From positions 1 to 64,000 of the forward strand of contig NW_021833278.1 of assembly GCF_006345805.1 (NCBI RefSeq): a DNA stretch of 64,000 nucleotides. The letters run 5' to 3'. Within the stretch, counting starts at the first letter, position 1; the number at the start of each line of letters is the position of its first letter. The notes under the pieces were generated by a model, which searched no databases, was not told where the DNA came from, and saw only the letters and a list, made by a program, of their open reading frames with translations. Shown one piece after another: positions 40,441 to 54,590 of the stretch. Position numbers and translations under genes: made by a program. This DNA comes from Octopus sinensis. Lineage: Eukaryota.

Positions 40441-41799
40441 CTGTGGATATAAAAAATATATATAAGTGAGAAACTTAGTAAAACTGGAATGGAACACCGA
40501 GAAAGGAATTTTTACAACGTAAATAACAAAATTTTCGCTGGTAAAAACAAAAGTTCTGGGATCTTTTCACTTTGACCGGCAGATTTTTAAAATAATTTTT
40601 TTGTAACTAAACACTTTTAAACTTCGTATACTTGTAGTGTGTTACATAAAGCATCTTTTTCTCTTGGCTTTCTTTAGAAAATTCTGTAGTTTGTAAGCTA
40701 TTTGTTGTTTAATTTCTTACATTTCAGCAATTTCAACCAATCAATGACGTCTACTGAGGTGAATACAATTTCTGCAGTAAACATTTATAATCTGCCGATC
40801 AAAGCGAAAATAAACATTAACACCTGTGTGACGTGAGGGCTAAGGAGAAATGAAAGTGTCACCTCTGGAGTTTGCAAATGACCACTATACTGATACATCA
40901 CTGAACAGAATAAATTTACAAACTATAAATGTCTTTGAATAAGCAGTCACGCATCGGGGAAGGCCTTGAAATCAATGTTACCATCTGGGGACTATGTGTG
41001 ACCCAGTGATAATAAAAAGACTTGAAAGGAGGTCTGCAATCAAATAACTTTACTTAACACTTTGCAACTAAATCAGTGGAGGCAAAAATGCCTCTCATTT
41101 ACTTGACAATTTATGCACCACATTGTAGAAATCACAACGTAAGTGTATGTCAAAGCAAACTCTTACACTGTTGTACCATTGAATTACAAATAATGCTCAT
41201 CTTCTATGCTCGGATGACCCCAGAGCTTCCAAGAATACAAATGTATTCGTCTTTGCATAGATAAAATGACAAAATTGTGGGTGTTAAGTCCCCATGAAGG
41301 GATCTTTTTAACTTGTAAGAAGATGAAATTTCATAAATATTACATCATTTGTATCTAATATCTATGGTTAAAATTTCAGCAACAGCAAAAATATATGAAT
41401 TGTCATGGGGGCTGTGGCCCTTATGCATAGAATATAATTTCCAAATTTCGTAAAGATCCATTCAGTACTTTTGACCTAGTTTTGGATCATAAAAGAAATG
41501 ACTAAAATTTGGGAGTTAAGGCCCCCATTAGGGTGTCTTAGAATCCTCGTGGAAACTTTGTCATTTTTTTGCCCATGACACTACATGGACCCTAAGTAAG
41601 GCATGTGTAAAATTTGAATGAAATCGGTTGTGTAGCTCTCAAGTTTTAGGGATTCACACAAACAAACAGACAGACACATATTCTCAGTTTTATATATATT
41701 GGGTGAATTCCATTTTGAAACTTCAGTGCATGAGATGGAAAAGATCCGTATATATGTATATACGTAGGTAAGCATTTATGCATGGATGATATAATAATG

Positions 41800-41839
<40 letters not shown>

Positions 41840-41955
41840 CAACAACAACAATAATAATAATAATAATGATAATAATGATAATAATAATGATAATAATAAT
41901 GATAATAATGATAATAATAATAATAATGATAATAATAATGAAGTGCAACAACTAC

Positions 41956-42087
41956 ATTTTTCCATCGGAGCAGATCGCTATCCCTCTCATCGTTTATTGG
42001 CACCGTCTCTACTGGTTCAAACATCACCGCTGCTACGCTTAACAAAACCACTAGCACAATCATATTCTTGTATATTCTGTGTTCCAT
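41956..42087 (-). CDS. Peptide-precursor paralog 2, coding exon 1: MEHRIYKNMIVLVVLLSVAAVMFEPVETVPINDERDSDLLRWKN
   Basis: Three nucleotide differences from paralog 1 exon 1 in 132 nt; RRK changed to RWK; weaker donor AAT|gtagtt. Confidence 0.65.
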
Positions 42088-42381
42088 TTTTTGATCTCAA
42101 CTCAGTTCTCTCTTTTAAAAACTTCCAAACTTCTATATTTCAAACTTCCAAATTTCAACTGATTTCAATGGAGCCAGATATAAGGCAGTCCCCAAAACGA
42201 TTCTTATGAAGTCCCAAGAACAAAATCACCTGTAAATATATCGCTTATAGTTCTTTGTTGTTTTTTTTTACTTTCCCCATTTCTTTGTTTGTGGTTCGGG
42301 TTTCTGTTCTTTCTTGTCTGTGTGGTCAGTGCTGTTGTTGCGACTCGTTTTGGTTCGTTCTCCTATGGAAGCGGCGACTCT

Positions 42382-42432
42382 CTTTTATAGCCGTATTACT
42401 CCTCCCAGTCGCTCATAAGGGCACGCCATTTT
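42382..42432 (-). promoter_or_regulatory. Candidate core promoter of paralog 2 (TATA + YY1-like)
   Basis: TATAAAAG at 42389-42382 and AAAATGGCG at 42432-42424. Confidence 0.5.
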
Positions 42433-42619
42433 GCGAGGGAGGAGAATGAACGTATATATATATATATATATATATATAGATGTGTATGTATGTGTGTGTG
42501 TGTGTGTATGGAAATACAAAAGAAGATGATAAAGAACAAAAAGAAAAACGTAGAAGAAGAAGAAGACTGGCCAGAACTGGTGACCAATAATTCTTGCCCT
42601 CTACACTAATAATAGTGAC

Positions 42620-42689
<70 letters not shown>

Positions 42690-43384
42690 TCTGTTGTGGT
42701 GGTGGTATGATTTAATTCTATTTGCTTTGGGAGGCTCATTCCTTATAATAAAAAAGGACAATCCCCCACCCCCGTCGTTATCGAAGGAATTGGAATTTGA
42801 TTGGTTGTTATCATATACTCTTTATCCTTCTAGCTTCACACTGATTGGAAGAACAAGAACATGCATGTGCACATGCGCACACAGGTACTGCACATGCACA
42901 CCTATAAATTACATGGAGCAGAAACACACATAATAAATCATATGGAGAAGAAATAATAAATAATATCAAATGGATGTCTTATAAAACTATTCCGAACATA
43001 CAATAACAGCCATGCTAACAATCCAACACACCTCCTTCATCAGCTGCCACACGGATATCACTATGGTTTCGACACCTGGGGCAGTACCATTCAATCAGAC
43101 GGTGTCAGCAGCACTAAAATAAGTGTTGTTTGAGAACAAGATACCATAAATTATTGGAGAAGAAACATTTATTAATAATGTCACTGGCAGCCCAGTCCGG
43201 GCTAAGAAGGAATATATTCACAGACACGACTGAGTTGGGACCTGTACACATTGGAAGCTATGCCAACATTATGGAATAACAACAGAAAAAAGATGGTATA
43301 GGCACACGCCAGAAAAGGTCACAGAAAATGAGAAAGCAAACATACTCTGGGATATGCCAATACACACAGATTAAAATCGCGTAA

Positions 43385-44190
43385 GCATTTGGGCCTTAAT
43401 CACTTAATTTCACAATGGTACAATTAAGATCTTTCAACATTTCTTTTAATCCCCTATTAGTCAACCATTAGCTTTTTATCAAATTAATGGCCTTAGTTAC
43501 AACTTTCATTACCCTGCCCAACTTTAGAGATTTTGCACATAAACTTTCCATATCAATAAAGCAATGACACACAAATTTTCCGGATCCAAAAGACGCTTCT
43601 TAAATTCATTCTGAACCAGAGCTACGAACCCTTTTTCACGACCTGCCATGGATGGAGTGCGAACTGTAGCAAGGCCACTCATTTTTTCATTCGGAAAATC
43701 AAAATCATTAAGATTGAGTCGACCATTTGAAATAGATCTTTACCTCTAGTTGTCTCATACATTGAATTTCTTCTCGAATGTTGAATTTTGCAGTTATTCC
43801 ACGTACAAATGTTGCCATCTGAGCAGTATTAGTTAGACAGATCAATTGTTTCATCAATAGCTAATGAATACAATACGAATTCTGCTGAATCATATTTTAG
43901 AGAATTTTCTATGTAATCGGTAATATCTTTAATACGATCAGAAACAGTTTTTTGTTTTATAAGCTAATATTTACCAAACAAAGTTTTTCTGGGCATATAT
44001 TCGCAACAGCAGTAAGGATACGTTCTTTCATGAATTCACTATTGTTCGAGTTTCTTTTAGCAATATTTCGGCATACCACAAAACTAGCTCGAGCAACTGA
44101 CGCACTTCCAAGAATCAGCTTTTTTAAAAAGAGTTTGTCATTTGGTCAGATTTTCTTTCAAGGAGGCTATCCTGTGATCTTTTCGGTTTG
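43385..44190 (-). pseudogene. Decayed hAT (Buster/SPIN/GTF2IRD2-like) transposase
   Basis: Frameshifted fragments: FVLYSLAIDET, TAQMATFVRG, ETTRGKDLF, LATVRTPSMAGREKGFV, CHCFIDMESLCAKSLKL. Confidence 0.85.
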
Positions 44191-47138
44191 AACGGCAGTT
44201 TTTAACATAATTTCAAGGTAACTAAACACTTTTAAACTTCGTATAGTGGTAGAATGTGTGTGTTTATAAAACATCTTTTTCTCTTGGCTTTATTGAGAAA
44301 ATTCTATAGTTTGTAAGATATTTGTTGTTTTTTTTCTTCAATTTCTGCAATTTCAACCAATCAATGACGTGTATTGAGCTAAAAAACATTCTGTGCCGTA
44401 TGAATATGTCCCTCGTTTAAGAAACAGTTTGGGTTTATTTAGATTTGTGAAGAAAAAAAAGATACCCTTCCCCAACCCCTAACCCTAACCCTAAAACAGA
44501 TTCAAATGCAATAGATCGATACTAGGGTCATAATTATGGGTGACAATTTCATATGACACCGCTAGAAAAAACTGCCGTTGAAACTAAACAGAGCCCTATC
44601 TTGTCTAAATGTTCAGATTCTATCAAATTTCCACAGGCCTTATGCTTACTCACAAAATGCCTCTAATTTCATATTTTTTATGAACGCTTACTTGTTCATT
44701 GTAAATAAGACAAATGCGCTTTTTACCTGTTTCAATAAAAAGAAAAAGCTTCAATTTTCATCAAACAAGACACACTCACCAGCACTTGTCTTTTAGGATT
44801 CTTATAACCGCTTGCCATATTGAAAAATCGAAAAATTGATCTTACAAAGTTAACAATGTTACAAACCGGTTAAATTTATATGATCCCTTTCGGAATTTTT
44901 GTTATTACCGCTGCCTGGGAAAACCAAAAGCCAACTGGTTCGTAGTCATAACGCGTGCGTTTAGTGTTGTAATAATTAAAAAAAATAAAAATCTGCAAAA
45001 AATTTAGCTATTGTTTGGTTCTGCAAAGTTTAACTTAATTTCTCTCTCTCTCTCCCTCTCCCCCCCTCTCTCTCTCTCTCTTGTCCACACAGGTGTTGAC
45101 AAGTGAGTGGATAGGGGTGGGTGATAACTGATAAACCGATGGCAGATGTCAGTAACACCTGTTGACTTTCTTGACGCCGACTGATAGCAAACATGAGACA
45201 AAAGTTATTTTTCAATGCTTTTTCAGAAAAAAATTAGTAATATTTTTTCATAATTCTGTTCGCAAAGCACCAAACTAGTAGTTTCTGTTTCAATGAAGCT
45301 TTACTCCTATAATACAGACAATGGACTATATACCTGTTGTAATTTGTTTTTGATTTTTAATAGATTTTTAAATATTTTTTTCTTATCGATTGACAGAAAG
45401 AAGGTGAGAATCGATTTCGGAGATTTATTTCGTAAAAACGTGAAAAATGAAATAGGGAGGAAAGTTTAAATACTTGGGGTTCTTGGATATGAATAATTTT
45501 TGCACACTATCTTCTACAATCCTTCAGTTTCCGTTTCATATAAAAATCATTTTAATACACGCAATATATTTTTAGTTTTCTCAGCTAAAGTGTAGATGGG
45601 TCTCAAGCGGGTGGGACAAACCTAGTAATATGTGTTTTATAGTGAAAACAAAATTTCCATTCAAATGGTAATTACCGGACGATTTCTGTTCGAGCACGAC
45701 CTTTCTAATCGTAGTGGAAACTCGATCTATGTCGCAAATAGGCATACGAGTATTGTATAAATTTTATAATTGCAAAATTTACTCTATTTTGTACAGAATA
45801 AACAAGTTTTGAATGGTACAACAATGCACTATAATACAGACAATGGACTATATACCTGTTGTAATATAGTCATCCATAGTCTGATATTATATTTTGGAAT
45901 AATATTCCTTCTTCAGATATTCTTAGATGGAGTCGCTTCTCCAATCGATTTTCTAACGGCTTTCCTTTTTTATTTTTTGGGAGCGTCTCAGCAGTGATCT
46001 CACGATGCTCCTTCCGGAATTCCTCATGAGAATGTATGAGGTCGGCCATTTCTCAATCTCGTTTGTGTTGGTACATCCGTAGAGCTGCTTCTAAGTCACG
46101 TATTATACGTGCAGCCTCTTTTTTTCCCTTCTTTTTTCTTCTGTTATAAACTACAGAGAAGCATATCATCAAAAATGAACCTACACGCATCCAGATGTAT
46201 CTAAATAATCTATTGATTACCAACCTCCAGCCTGTTGTTCATTTGGGGCCCTGTGTATGAGTGTATATGAGTATAGCTTCCTTTATGCTTAAATTACCCC
46301 AAATTCTTTCATTGGCCCCAGTTGTGACTGTTATGCTTTTGTCGGTGTTCCGGCATCTGTCTAGATGTATTCTGAAGGAGTATACTACGAGTACATACGA
46401 GTATATTAGCCTGCGGTTGGATTCAGGTAAACTTCAAACCGCTTCTTCTTACTTGCTAAAATCTTAAATCACTGAAGTTTACCACTTCTGTCCATTTATT
46501 AGTCAGATGTCAGCCAGCTATTTGAAACACTCTGACTACTACAATGCACAACCTATTGTTCTAAGTACATGTATTTCCTCTCTCTGTCTGTCTCTCTATC
46601 TCTCTCTCCGTTTCTCTTTCTTTCTTTCTCTGTTGTTTTACCACCACTCTCTCTGTCTTTCTGTGTCTTCTGCCCCTCTATCATTTTCTTCACTACTTTT
46701 GAAGATTACTTGTTGAAATCGTAAGTACATGTATTTACTTTCTCTCTCTCTCTCTCTCCTCTCTCTCTCTATCTCTCTTTCTCCCTCTTTCTCTCTCTCC
46801 TTCCCTATCTCTCTGTTTTTCTTCTACCTCTATCTCTACAGTTTTCTGTCTCCCTCACTCCTTCTATAACTTTCCTCGCTGCTTTTGAAGATTGCTTACT
46901 GACATCGTAAAATTCTTCAGCCGAATTCACACCTTCACAGAACAATTCAGACAGTAAGCTCCTTTCTCTCGTTAGATTCAGGTAAACTTTAAACACTTTT
47001 TCCTACTTGCATAAAGATTAAATCCCCAAAATTTCCACTTATCTCCATTCATTGACATATGTAAGTTACCTATTTGAAACACCCTGAGTGCTACAATGCT
47101 GAACCTATTGTTGAAAGTACATGTAGTTCCTCTCTCTC

Positions 47139-47186
<48 letters not shown>

Positions 47187-47589
47187 GCTTCTCTCCCACC
47201 ACTATGTCTATGTCTTTCTGTCTCTTTCCCTCTCTCTATCAATTTCTTCACTATTTTGGAGATTACTTGTTGACGTCGTAAACTTCTTCAGCCGAAGTCA
47301 CTCTTACACGAACCAATTCAAACAGCAAGCTAAGTTTTCCTTAGATTCAGATTTGGTAAAATCTTAAATTCCGTCTTTTGTTAATTCTTAAATTTACATT
47401 TGGGAATGGAGGAACGCTGCAGTAGGAACCTCTTCTCGGCCTTGGTGCACCCCCACCCCGTACCATCTTCCCTGATGTCCGCTTGTAAGCGGTCGTCCTA
47501 CTCTCTCTGCCATTGTGAATGTATTATACTGAACCTGTGTCAAAAGACTTCCTCCTAGTTGACATCGCTTTCTTTTCCTTCATCTAGCT

Positions 47590-50260
47590 TTTCTGTCAGT
47601 AAAAACAAGAGGAAATAAACAACGGTGGTAGAAAAGAGAATTGCTGAAGATATAAACTCCTTGAACAGTGTAGTGTTAATACTTGTCCGGAAAAATAAAA
47701 AAATTAAGAATGAATGGTAATTCGAAAAAGTTAGGAAAAAATATGGTGTAGATACAAAGGCCTAAATGTTGTAATTGAAAAACTGAAGCAGCGCATAGAG
47801 GCAAAAAAATCAAAGCTAACTTCGTTTGAACATCGGATGAAGCAATACTTGCAAGAGAAAATTTTTAGAAGTGACCAAAAAAGATTTTACCAAGAGATTA
47901 ATGACGATAAAAAACGTGAAAGATTTGTCCCTGATGGTGATGAAAGTCGACTTTTCTGGAATAAGCAAGACCAACAAAACACTACAGCTGAATGGCTCTG
48001 CAGCCTCACGCAAACAGCTTCTCATCCCCAGCAAGAGACTATCCACTTCACAGAAGACAGTATTATAAATATGAGTTAAAAGATAAGCAATTAGAAAGCA
48101 GCAGGACCTGATGATGTACAGGGATTTTGGATAAAAAAAAAGTTCAGTAGTTGCCATAAATTGATCGCAGAACAATTTAATGCATTAATCAATGGAGAAG
48201 AATAAATTCCGCGCAGGTTGACAAAAGGACGAACGGTGTTGTGCCTGAAGGATGCATCAAAGGGAAATGCTGCTGACAATTACAGACCAATTTCCTACTC
48301 CACGTTAATGTAGAAGTTACTGTTAGGAGGAATTCCAGAAGAACTGTATAAATTTCTTGATGAGAACGAAATATCATCGCCGGAACAAAAAAGGTTGTAG
48401 AAGGAGATGCAGAGGTACCAAAGATCAACTATTGATAGACAAAATTATAATGCAAGATTGTAAACGAAGGAGAACAAATCTGGGAATGGCCTAGATTGAC
48501 TATCGCGAAGCTTACGATTCATGAGTCACCGAGTTCTTTCCTGAAGAGAAGTATGGTGGGATGGAAAACTGAACTGAAATCTTACAGAAAAAGCCTGGGC
48601 ACTTTGGGTATCAGGAGAGGGATTTTTTGTTTTCCGTTATTTTTTTGTTCTCTGCATGATACCCTTATCCTTGGTACTTGGGAAAATGAACCTGGGGTAC
48701 CAACTAAAGGAAAAATGCCAAACAATCAACCACCTCCTCTTCATGGATGATTTGAAACTGTATGGCAAAAACGAGACACAAGTGAGCTCCTTGGTGAACA
48801 CGGTCCACTGTTTTAGTACTGATATTAGAATGGAATTTGGACTCAAGAAGTGTTGAATAATTTACCTAAAAAGAGGCAAGATACAGTCCCCAGCAGGGAT
48901 AGAATTACTGAACAGAGACTTGATTAAGCAAATTGAAACAGAAGGATATAAATACATTGGTGTACTAGAGTTCAACGAGATAACGGGAAAAGAAAAGAGC
49001 AACTGAGGACGGAGTATTTCCGAAGTCTGAGGTTGGTGTTGCGCTCAAAATTGAGTGGATGGAATAAAATCCAAGCAGTTAATGCGTGGGCGATAGCAAC
49101 ACTTCGGTATGGAGCAGGAATTATAAAATGGCAAAAGAGAGTAATGAAGAAAATGAATACCAAAACCAGAAAAATGTTGACTGTACACAGAGCCTTCTAC
49201 GCTAAGAGTGACAGCGATATGTTGTACTTGTCCTGAAGAAAGGGTGGGAGAGAGGTTTGATAAGTTGCTGGGACTTTGTCGAAGCAGAGAAAAACAGCCT
49301 AGGGTTGTATATAAAAATGCTGTGGAGCCGCTGTTGAAACACACGAAGAAGACCGGCATCTTCAAAACTGAAAATTGCGTAAGTAAAGAAGAAATGAACA
49401 AAAATAAGAAAAAGAATAGAAGGAAAAGAAAATGTATGGTCAGTTTGCAAGAGATGTGAACGCGAAGACAGATTCAGAGGACCAGTGTCTATGGATGAGA
49501 AGGTGTGACCTGAAGATAGTAACAGAAACACTCGTATGCACAGCTCAGGAACATGCGTTAAGGACCGATTATATGAAGTGCAGAATTGACAACACTACCA
49601 ATTGCGACAAATACAGAATGTGTGGTGAGAGGGGCGAAACGGTATGGCACATTGTTAGCGAATGCCTGAAATTGGCACAACACGAATACAAAAGACGACA
49701 TGTCAATGTGGCAAGAATGATCCATTGGGAGTTCTGTGGATATCACGGCCTACAAAGAGCAAAGATGTGTTATGAGAAAACTTTAGGAGTCACTGAAAAT
49801 GAGAATTGCAAAATCCCGTGCGATGCAACGATCAAGTGCGATAACCCGACCATACATCGGAAACCGGATATTGTTGTGGTGAGTAAAAGACAAAACATGT
49901 ATGGTAACCTACTTAGAATGCCCCGGTGAAAGCAGGATCGATGTGAAAGAAGAGGAAAAAATAAACTAGGACGATTTGAAATGGGAAATACGAAGGTTTT
50001 GGTCAATGAAGGGAGTAGACGTAATACCAATAGTAATTGGTGCACTTGGAAGTATCAGCACTCAGCTACCAGCATGGCTGAAAAAAGATCGGTGCAAGTG
50101 TGAGGATAGAACACCTTCGAAAATCAACATTGCTTGGAACTGCAAGAATTCTTCGCAGGGTTCTTGAAGCATGACAAGTAAACAAGTGTCACCTTAGTCT
50201 CTTGACTGTGGACAGCTGACACTTTCCATGATACCCAGTAAAATAAACTGTGAGATTTCA
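47590..50260 (+). mobile_element. Decayed ~2.7-kb R4/Dong-like non-LTR retrotransposon (RT + CCHC + RLE)
   Basis: NLGMA*IDYREAYDS; INHLLFMDDLKLYGK (RT catalytic motif); RMCGERGETVWHIVSEC; RKPDIVVV; ends in an (AAT)n tract. Confidence 0.9.
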
Positions 50261-50273
50261 TATAATAATAATA

Positions 50274-50318
<45 letters not shown>

Positions 50319-50542
50319 CAACAACGAAAACAATAATAATTTTCAATTCGATATCACATTGTATATTTAGAGTCATTATATTTATTTATTCAATAAATTT
50401 GGGTTTTGTTTTTTTTTATATATATATTTGTTGTAATTTTCTTTGTAAATTGAAATTGTTTATTAGTTTGTGATTCCGTCGTGTTTTTTTGGGGCGTTTA
50501 GGTCCTGCTTTGATGGTCTCCATTTCCTTTCGAATGCGATCT

Positions 50543-50683
50543 TTACTTCTTCCTCTTCACGCAGGAAATGACGTTCCAGATACATGGGTCGTTCTTCTTG
50601 TCATCTGATCCATCTGAAGGAAAGGCATCTCGGCTGTCACGCAACAGTCGGTTCATTAAGTCCCTTTTGCGTGTAATCATGAA
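50543..50683 (-). CDS. Peptide-precursor paralog 3, coding exon 2, allatostatin-C/somatostatin-like: FMITRKRDLMNRLLRDSRDAFPSDGSDDKKNDPCIWNVISCVKRKK*
   Basis: Acceptor ttttctttttcttttattcatttctacag|TTC; KK site before and KRKK after a C-x6-C 12-mer; TAA at 50545-50543; downstream AATAAA. Its exon 1 was not found in the window. Confidence 0.8.
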   Translation of the reverse strand, partial: FMITRKRDLMNRLLRDSRDAFPSDGSDDKKNDPCIWNVISCVKRKK

Positions 50684-51254
50684 CTGTAGAAATGAATAAA
50701 AGAAAAAGAAAACAAGTGAGCAATTTATTAAAACTGGAATGAAACACAGAGAAAGAAATTCTTACAACACAAACAACAAAATTTTCGCTGGTAAAAACAA
50801 AAGATCTGAAATAAATGGAGAAATTCGAAAGACGGTTTGTCATATTTACAGATGCAAATTTGTGTTTCATGAGCAGCTTTTGACATTTTCCATCCAAGCG
50901 TTTTTTAGCCTAATATCTATACCATTGTTTGTAGCTTTATCAACTTGGAATTTTACCGTTAAAAAGAATTTGCTTCACATCTCTCGAAGTTTCTAAATAC
51001 TTATAACGTAAGCATCATGAAATTCTCGCTGGTAAGAAGGAAGCTTCTAAAATAGATGATGATTGTAAAATAGATGACTGCTTTGGTACAATGGCAAGAT
51101 GTCTGGCATGTTTAAAGAAGGTGTGGGTTCGAGTCTTATGTGAGACTAGGTAGAACATTTATTGTAAAACAAAAAAAAAGGAAACAACGACTCAGAATAA
51201 CGAGTGAATCATTGAGAACAACACATTGTATATATTGGATTAAAATTTTAAACA

Positions 51255-51755
51255 AGGCCAGCAATTTTGGGCGACAAGAGAGGGAGTTTACATCAACTCC
51301 GGTGATCAACGGCTATTTATTTTATCGATTTCGGCGTTCCACTGCTACTTATTTTATCGAACCCAAAAGAATGAAAGGTAAAGTCGATATCGGCCGAATT
51401 TGGACTCAGCATGTAAAGATGGACGAAATATCGCTAAGACGTTGCTCGACGTGCTAACGAGTCTGCTAGCTTCGGCGCTTTAGCATATTGTACATATTTG
51501 AAGAGATCAAACTTGCATAATATTTGATCCGCGGAAGGCAGCGAGCTGGCAGAATCGTTAGCACGCCGAGCGAAATGCTTTGTGGTATTTGGTCCGCCGC
51601 TGCATTCTAAGTTCAAATTCCGCCGAGGTCTACTTTTCCTTTTATTCTTTCGAGGTCGATAAATTAAGTAACAATGAAACTCTGGGGGTCGATGTAATTA
51701 ACTAGTCCCCTACCACCAAAAATTTCAGGCCTTGTGCCTTTAGTAGAAAGGATTA
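51255..51755. mobile_element. Two adjacent, oppositely oriented SINE family B copies
   Basis: Minus copy about 51255-51480; plus copy from ggaaggcagcgagctggcagaatcg at about 51532. Confidence 0.75.
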
Positions 51756-51850
51756 TTATATTAATGTTTTGAGTCCTTTAGTTTAAGAAATAATTATTAT
51801 TATTTAATCAAAGTGTTGCCAAAGTCTGAATTTATTGCTGTGATTTTCAA

Positions 51851-52265
51851 GCGCAGGCGTGGCTGTGTGGTAAGTAGCTTGCTTACCAACCACATGGTTC
51901 CGGGTTCAGTCATACTGCGTGGCACCTTGAGCAAGTGTCTTCTGTTCTAGCCTCGGGCCGACCAACGTCTTGTGAGTGGATTTGGTTGATGGAAATTGAA
52001 AGAAGCCCGTCGTATGTATATATGAGTATGTATATATGTGTGTGTGTGTATGTGTGAGTGTGTGTGTATCTGTTTTTGTGTTTGTCCCCTGACCATCACT
52101 TGACAACCGAAGCTGGTGTGTATACATCCCCGTAACTTAGCGTTTCAGCAAAAGTGACCGATAGAATAAATACTAGACTTACAAAGAATAAGTGCTGGGG
52201 GTCGATTTGTTCGACTAAATGCGGTGCTCCAGCATGGCCGCAATCAAATGATTGAAACAATTAGA
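51851..52265 (+). mobile_element. SINE family A
   Basis: Same head and tail as 4269-4672. Confidence 0.85.
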
Positions 52266-52578
52266 AGGAAAAAGTTCTAAGTTACTAGAAATAAGGAAAA
52301 ATTGAATATTGTGAAATTTTACCGATTTTTTAAAACACGGGATTTTTTGTTTGTGTATAATTTGGATGGACTTAAATTCTGTCATTAATTTTTGCTTATT
52401 GGAAACGCTTCGTCCTATTAACACGAAGACATCTTGTTTGCCGAAACACAGTGGTGTCCGGAAAGGTTTGTTTTATTCTACTTATTCTGACTACTCCCAC
52501 AAACACACACAAACACACACACACACACACACACACATGCGAGTGTATGCATGTATTTATGTCTGTGTGTGCGCATAC

Positions 52579-52644
<66 letters not shown>

Positions 52645-52900
52645 TTGTGTGTGTATTTATAGTAGGGAACATCGAGTCCCTCTCCTCCTTCATAATATTG
52701 TCGTGTGTCAACGATAGAAATCAATATGAGTATTTGAAATTTCTTTCTTTATATATTTATTTATTCACCCGCCCCCACACACACACACACTTGTCCTCTC
52801 ATTATCTCTCTCTTTCTCTCTTTCTCTCTCTCTCCCTCCGGCTATTTTTCTTGTTTTGTTGTCTTATTTTCTTTCCAGAACTAATGAATTTATTGCATCA

Positions 52901-52938
<38 letters not shown>

Positions 52939-53198
52939 GTTGTTGTTGTTGTTGTTGTTGTTGTGTTGTTTGTGCAGAGGCGGCACCATAGCCAATGATG
53001 ATTATCCAAGGAGCGGTTATGACAAGTTGAAATTAATATTGTTAACATTATTATTAACATTACTATTTAAATAGAGAGAAATTAGTTTCCATCATCCTCA
53101 TCGACATCGTCATCCTCATCATCATCATCATCATCACCATCATGATCATTATCATCATCATCATCACGACGACGACAACGACCACTACCACCACAACA

Positions 53199-53229
<31 letters not shown>

Positions 53230-53699
53230 TCATGATCATTATCATCATCATCATCACGACGACGACAACGACGACGACCACCACCACCACAACCATCATC
53301 ATCATCGTCATCATCAGCACCACCACCACTAAAATTTCAATAATAAACCCTCGTTTAATCACTTGCCTAAGTAATCAAAGTTCGTTGATACACGTCGTAA
53401 ACACGCCATTGAACTATAATGCTTCTTGCTTAGTCGCCTGTTTATATTTTATTTTCGTTTCGTTTTGCTTTTAGTTTTGCTTTTCGTTACACCGTTTTGC
53501 TTCTTTCATCTAATGAGGAATTCAAAAGAGGACATTTGCGTGTTGTTTATAGATTTCGTTTTCTGTTTTCCCTTCTTTTAATTTCCCCGTGTACATTATT
53601 AAAAACGAATAGGTTACGCGTTTCCTTTCGGCTTTGATGACAACAATAAATAATAATAATTCTTTCTACTGGAAGCACAAGGCCTCAAATATGGGGGAA

Positions 53700-54590
53700 G
53701 GGATTAAGTCGATTACATCGACCCCAGTGCGTAACTGGTACTACTTATTCAATCGACTCCGAAAGGATGAAAGGCAGAGTTGACCTCGCGGAATTTGAAC
53801 TCAGAACGTAAAGACAGACGAAATACCTATTTCTTTATTACCCACAAGGGGCTAAACATAGAGAGGACAAACAAGGACAGACATAGGTATTAAGTCGATT
53901 ACATCGACCCCAGTGCGTAACTGGTACTACTTATTCAATCGACTCCGAAAGGATGAAAGGCAGAGTTGACCTCGTCGGAATTTGAACTCAGAACGTAAAG
54001 ACAGACGAAATACCTATTTCTTTATTACCCACAAGGGGCTAAACATAGAGAGGACAAACAAAGACAGACAGGTATTAAGTCGATTACATCGACCCCAGTG
54101 CGTAACTGGTACTTACTTATTCAATCGACTCCGAAAGGATGAAAGGCAGTTGTGACCTCGTCGGAATTTGAACTCAGAACGTAAAGCGACGAATACCTAT
54201 TTCTTATTACCCCCAGGGGGCTAAACATAGAAGGACAAACAAGGACAGACATAGGTATTAAGTCGATTACATCGACCCCAGTGCGTAACTGGTACTACTT
54301 ATTCAATCGACTCCGAAAGGATGAAAGGCAGAGTTGACCTCGTCGGAATTTGAACTCAGAACGTAAAGACAGACGAAACCTATTTTTTATTTTCCCACAA
54401 GGGGCTAAACATAGAGAGGACAACAAGGACAGACATAGGTATTAAGTCGATTACATCGACCCCAGTGCGTACTGCTACTTATTTATCGACCCCAAAAGGG
54501 TGAAAGGCAAAGTTGACCTCAGCGGAATTTGAACTCAGAACGTAAAGACAGACGAAATACCGTAAGCATTTCGCCCGGCGTGCTAACGAT
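53700..54590 (-). repeat. ~185-bp tandem array (x5) of headless SINE family B units
   Basis: attaagtcgattacatcgacccc at 53703, 53889, 54074, 54257 and 54441; further diverged copies extend to about 55740. Confidence 0.9.

Noticed and set aside
44478-44494. (CCCTAA)3 telomere-like motif
   Set aside because: Too short and embedded in an interspersed repeat; no evidence of a chromosome-end relic.
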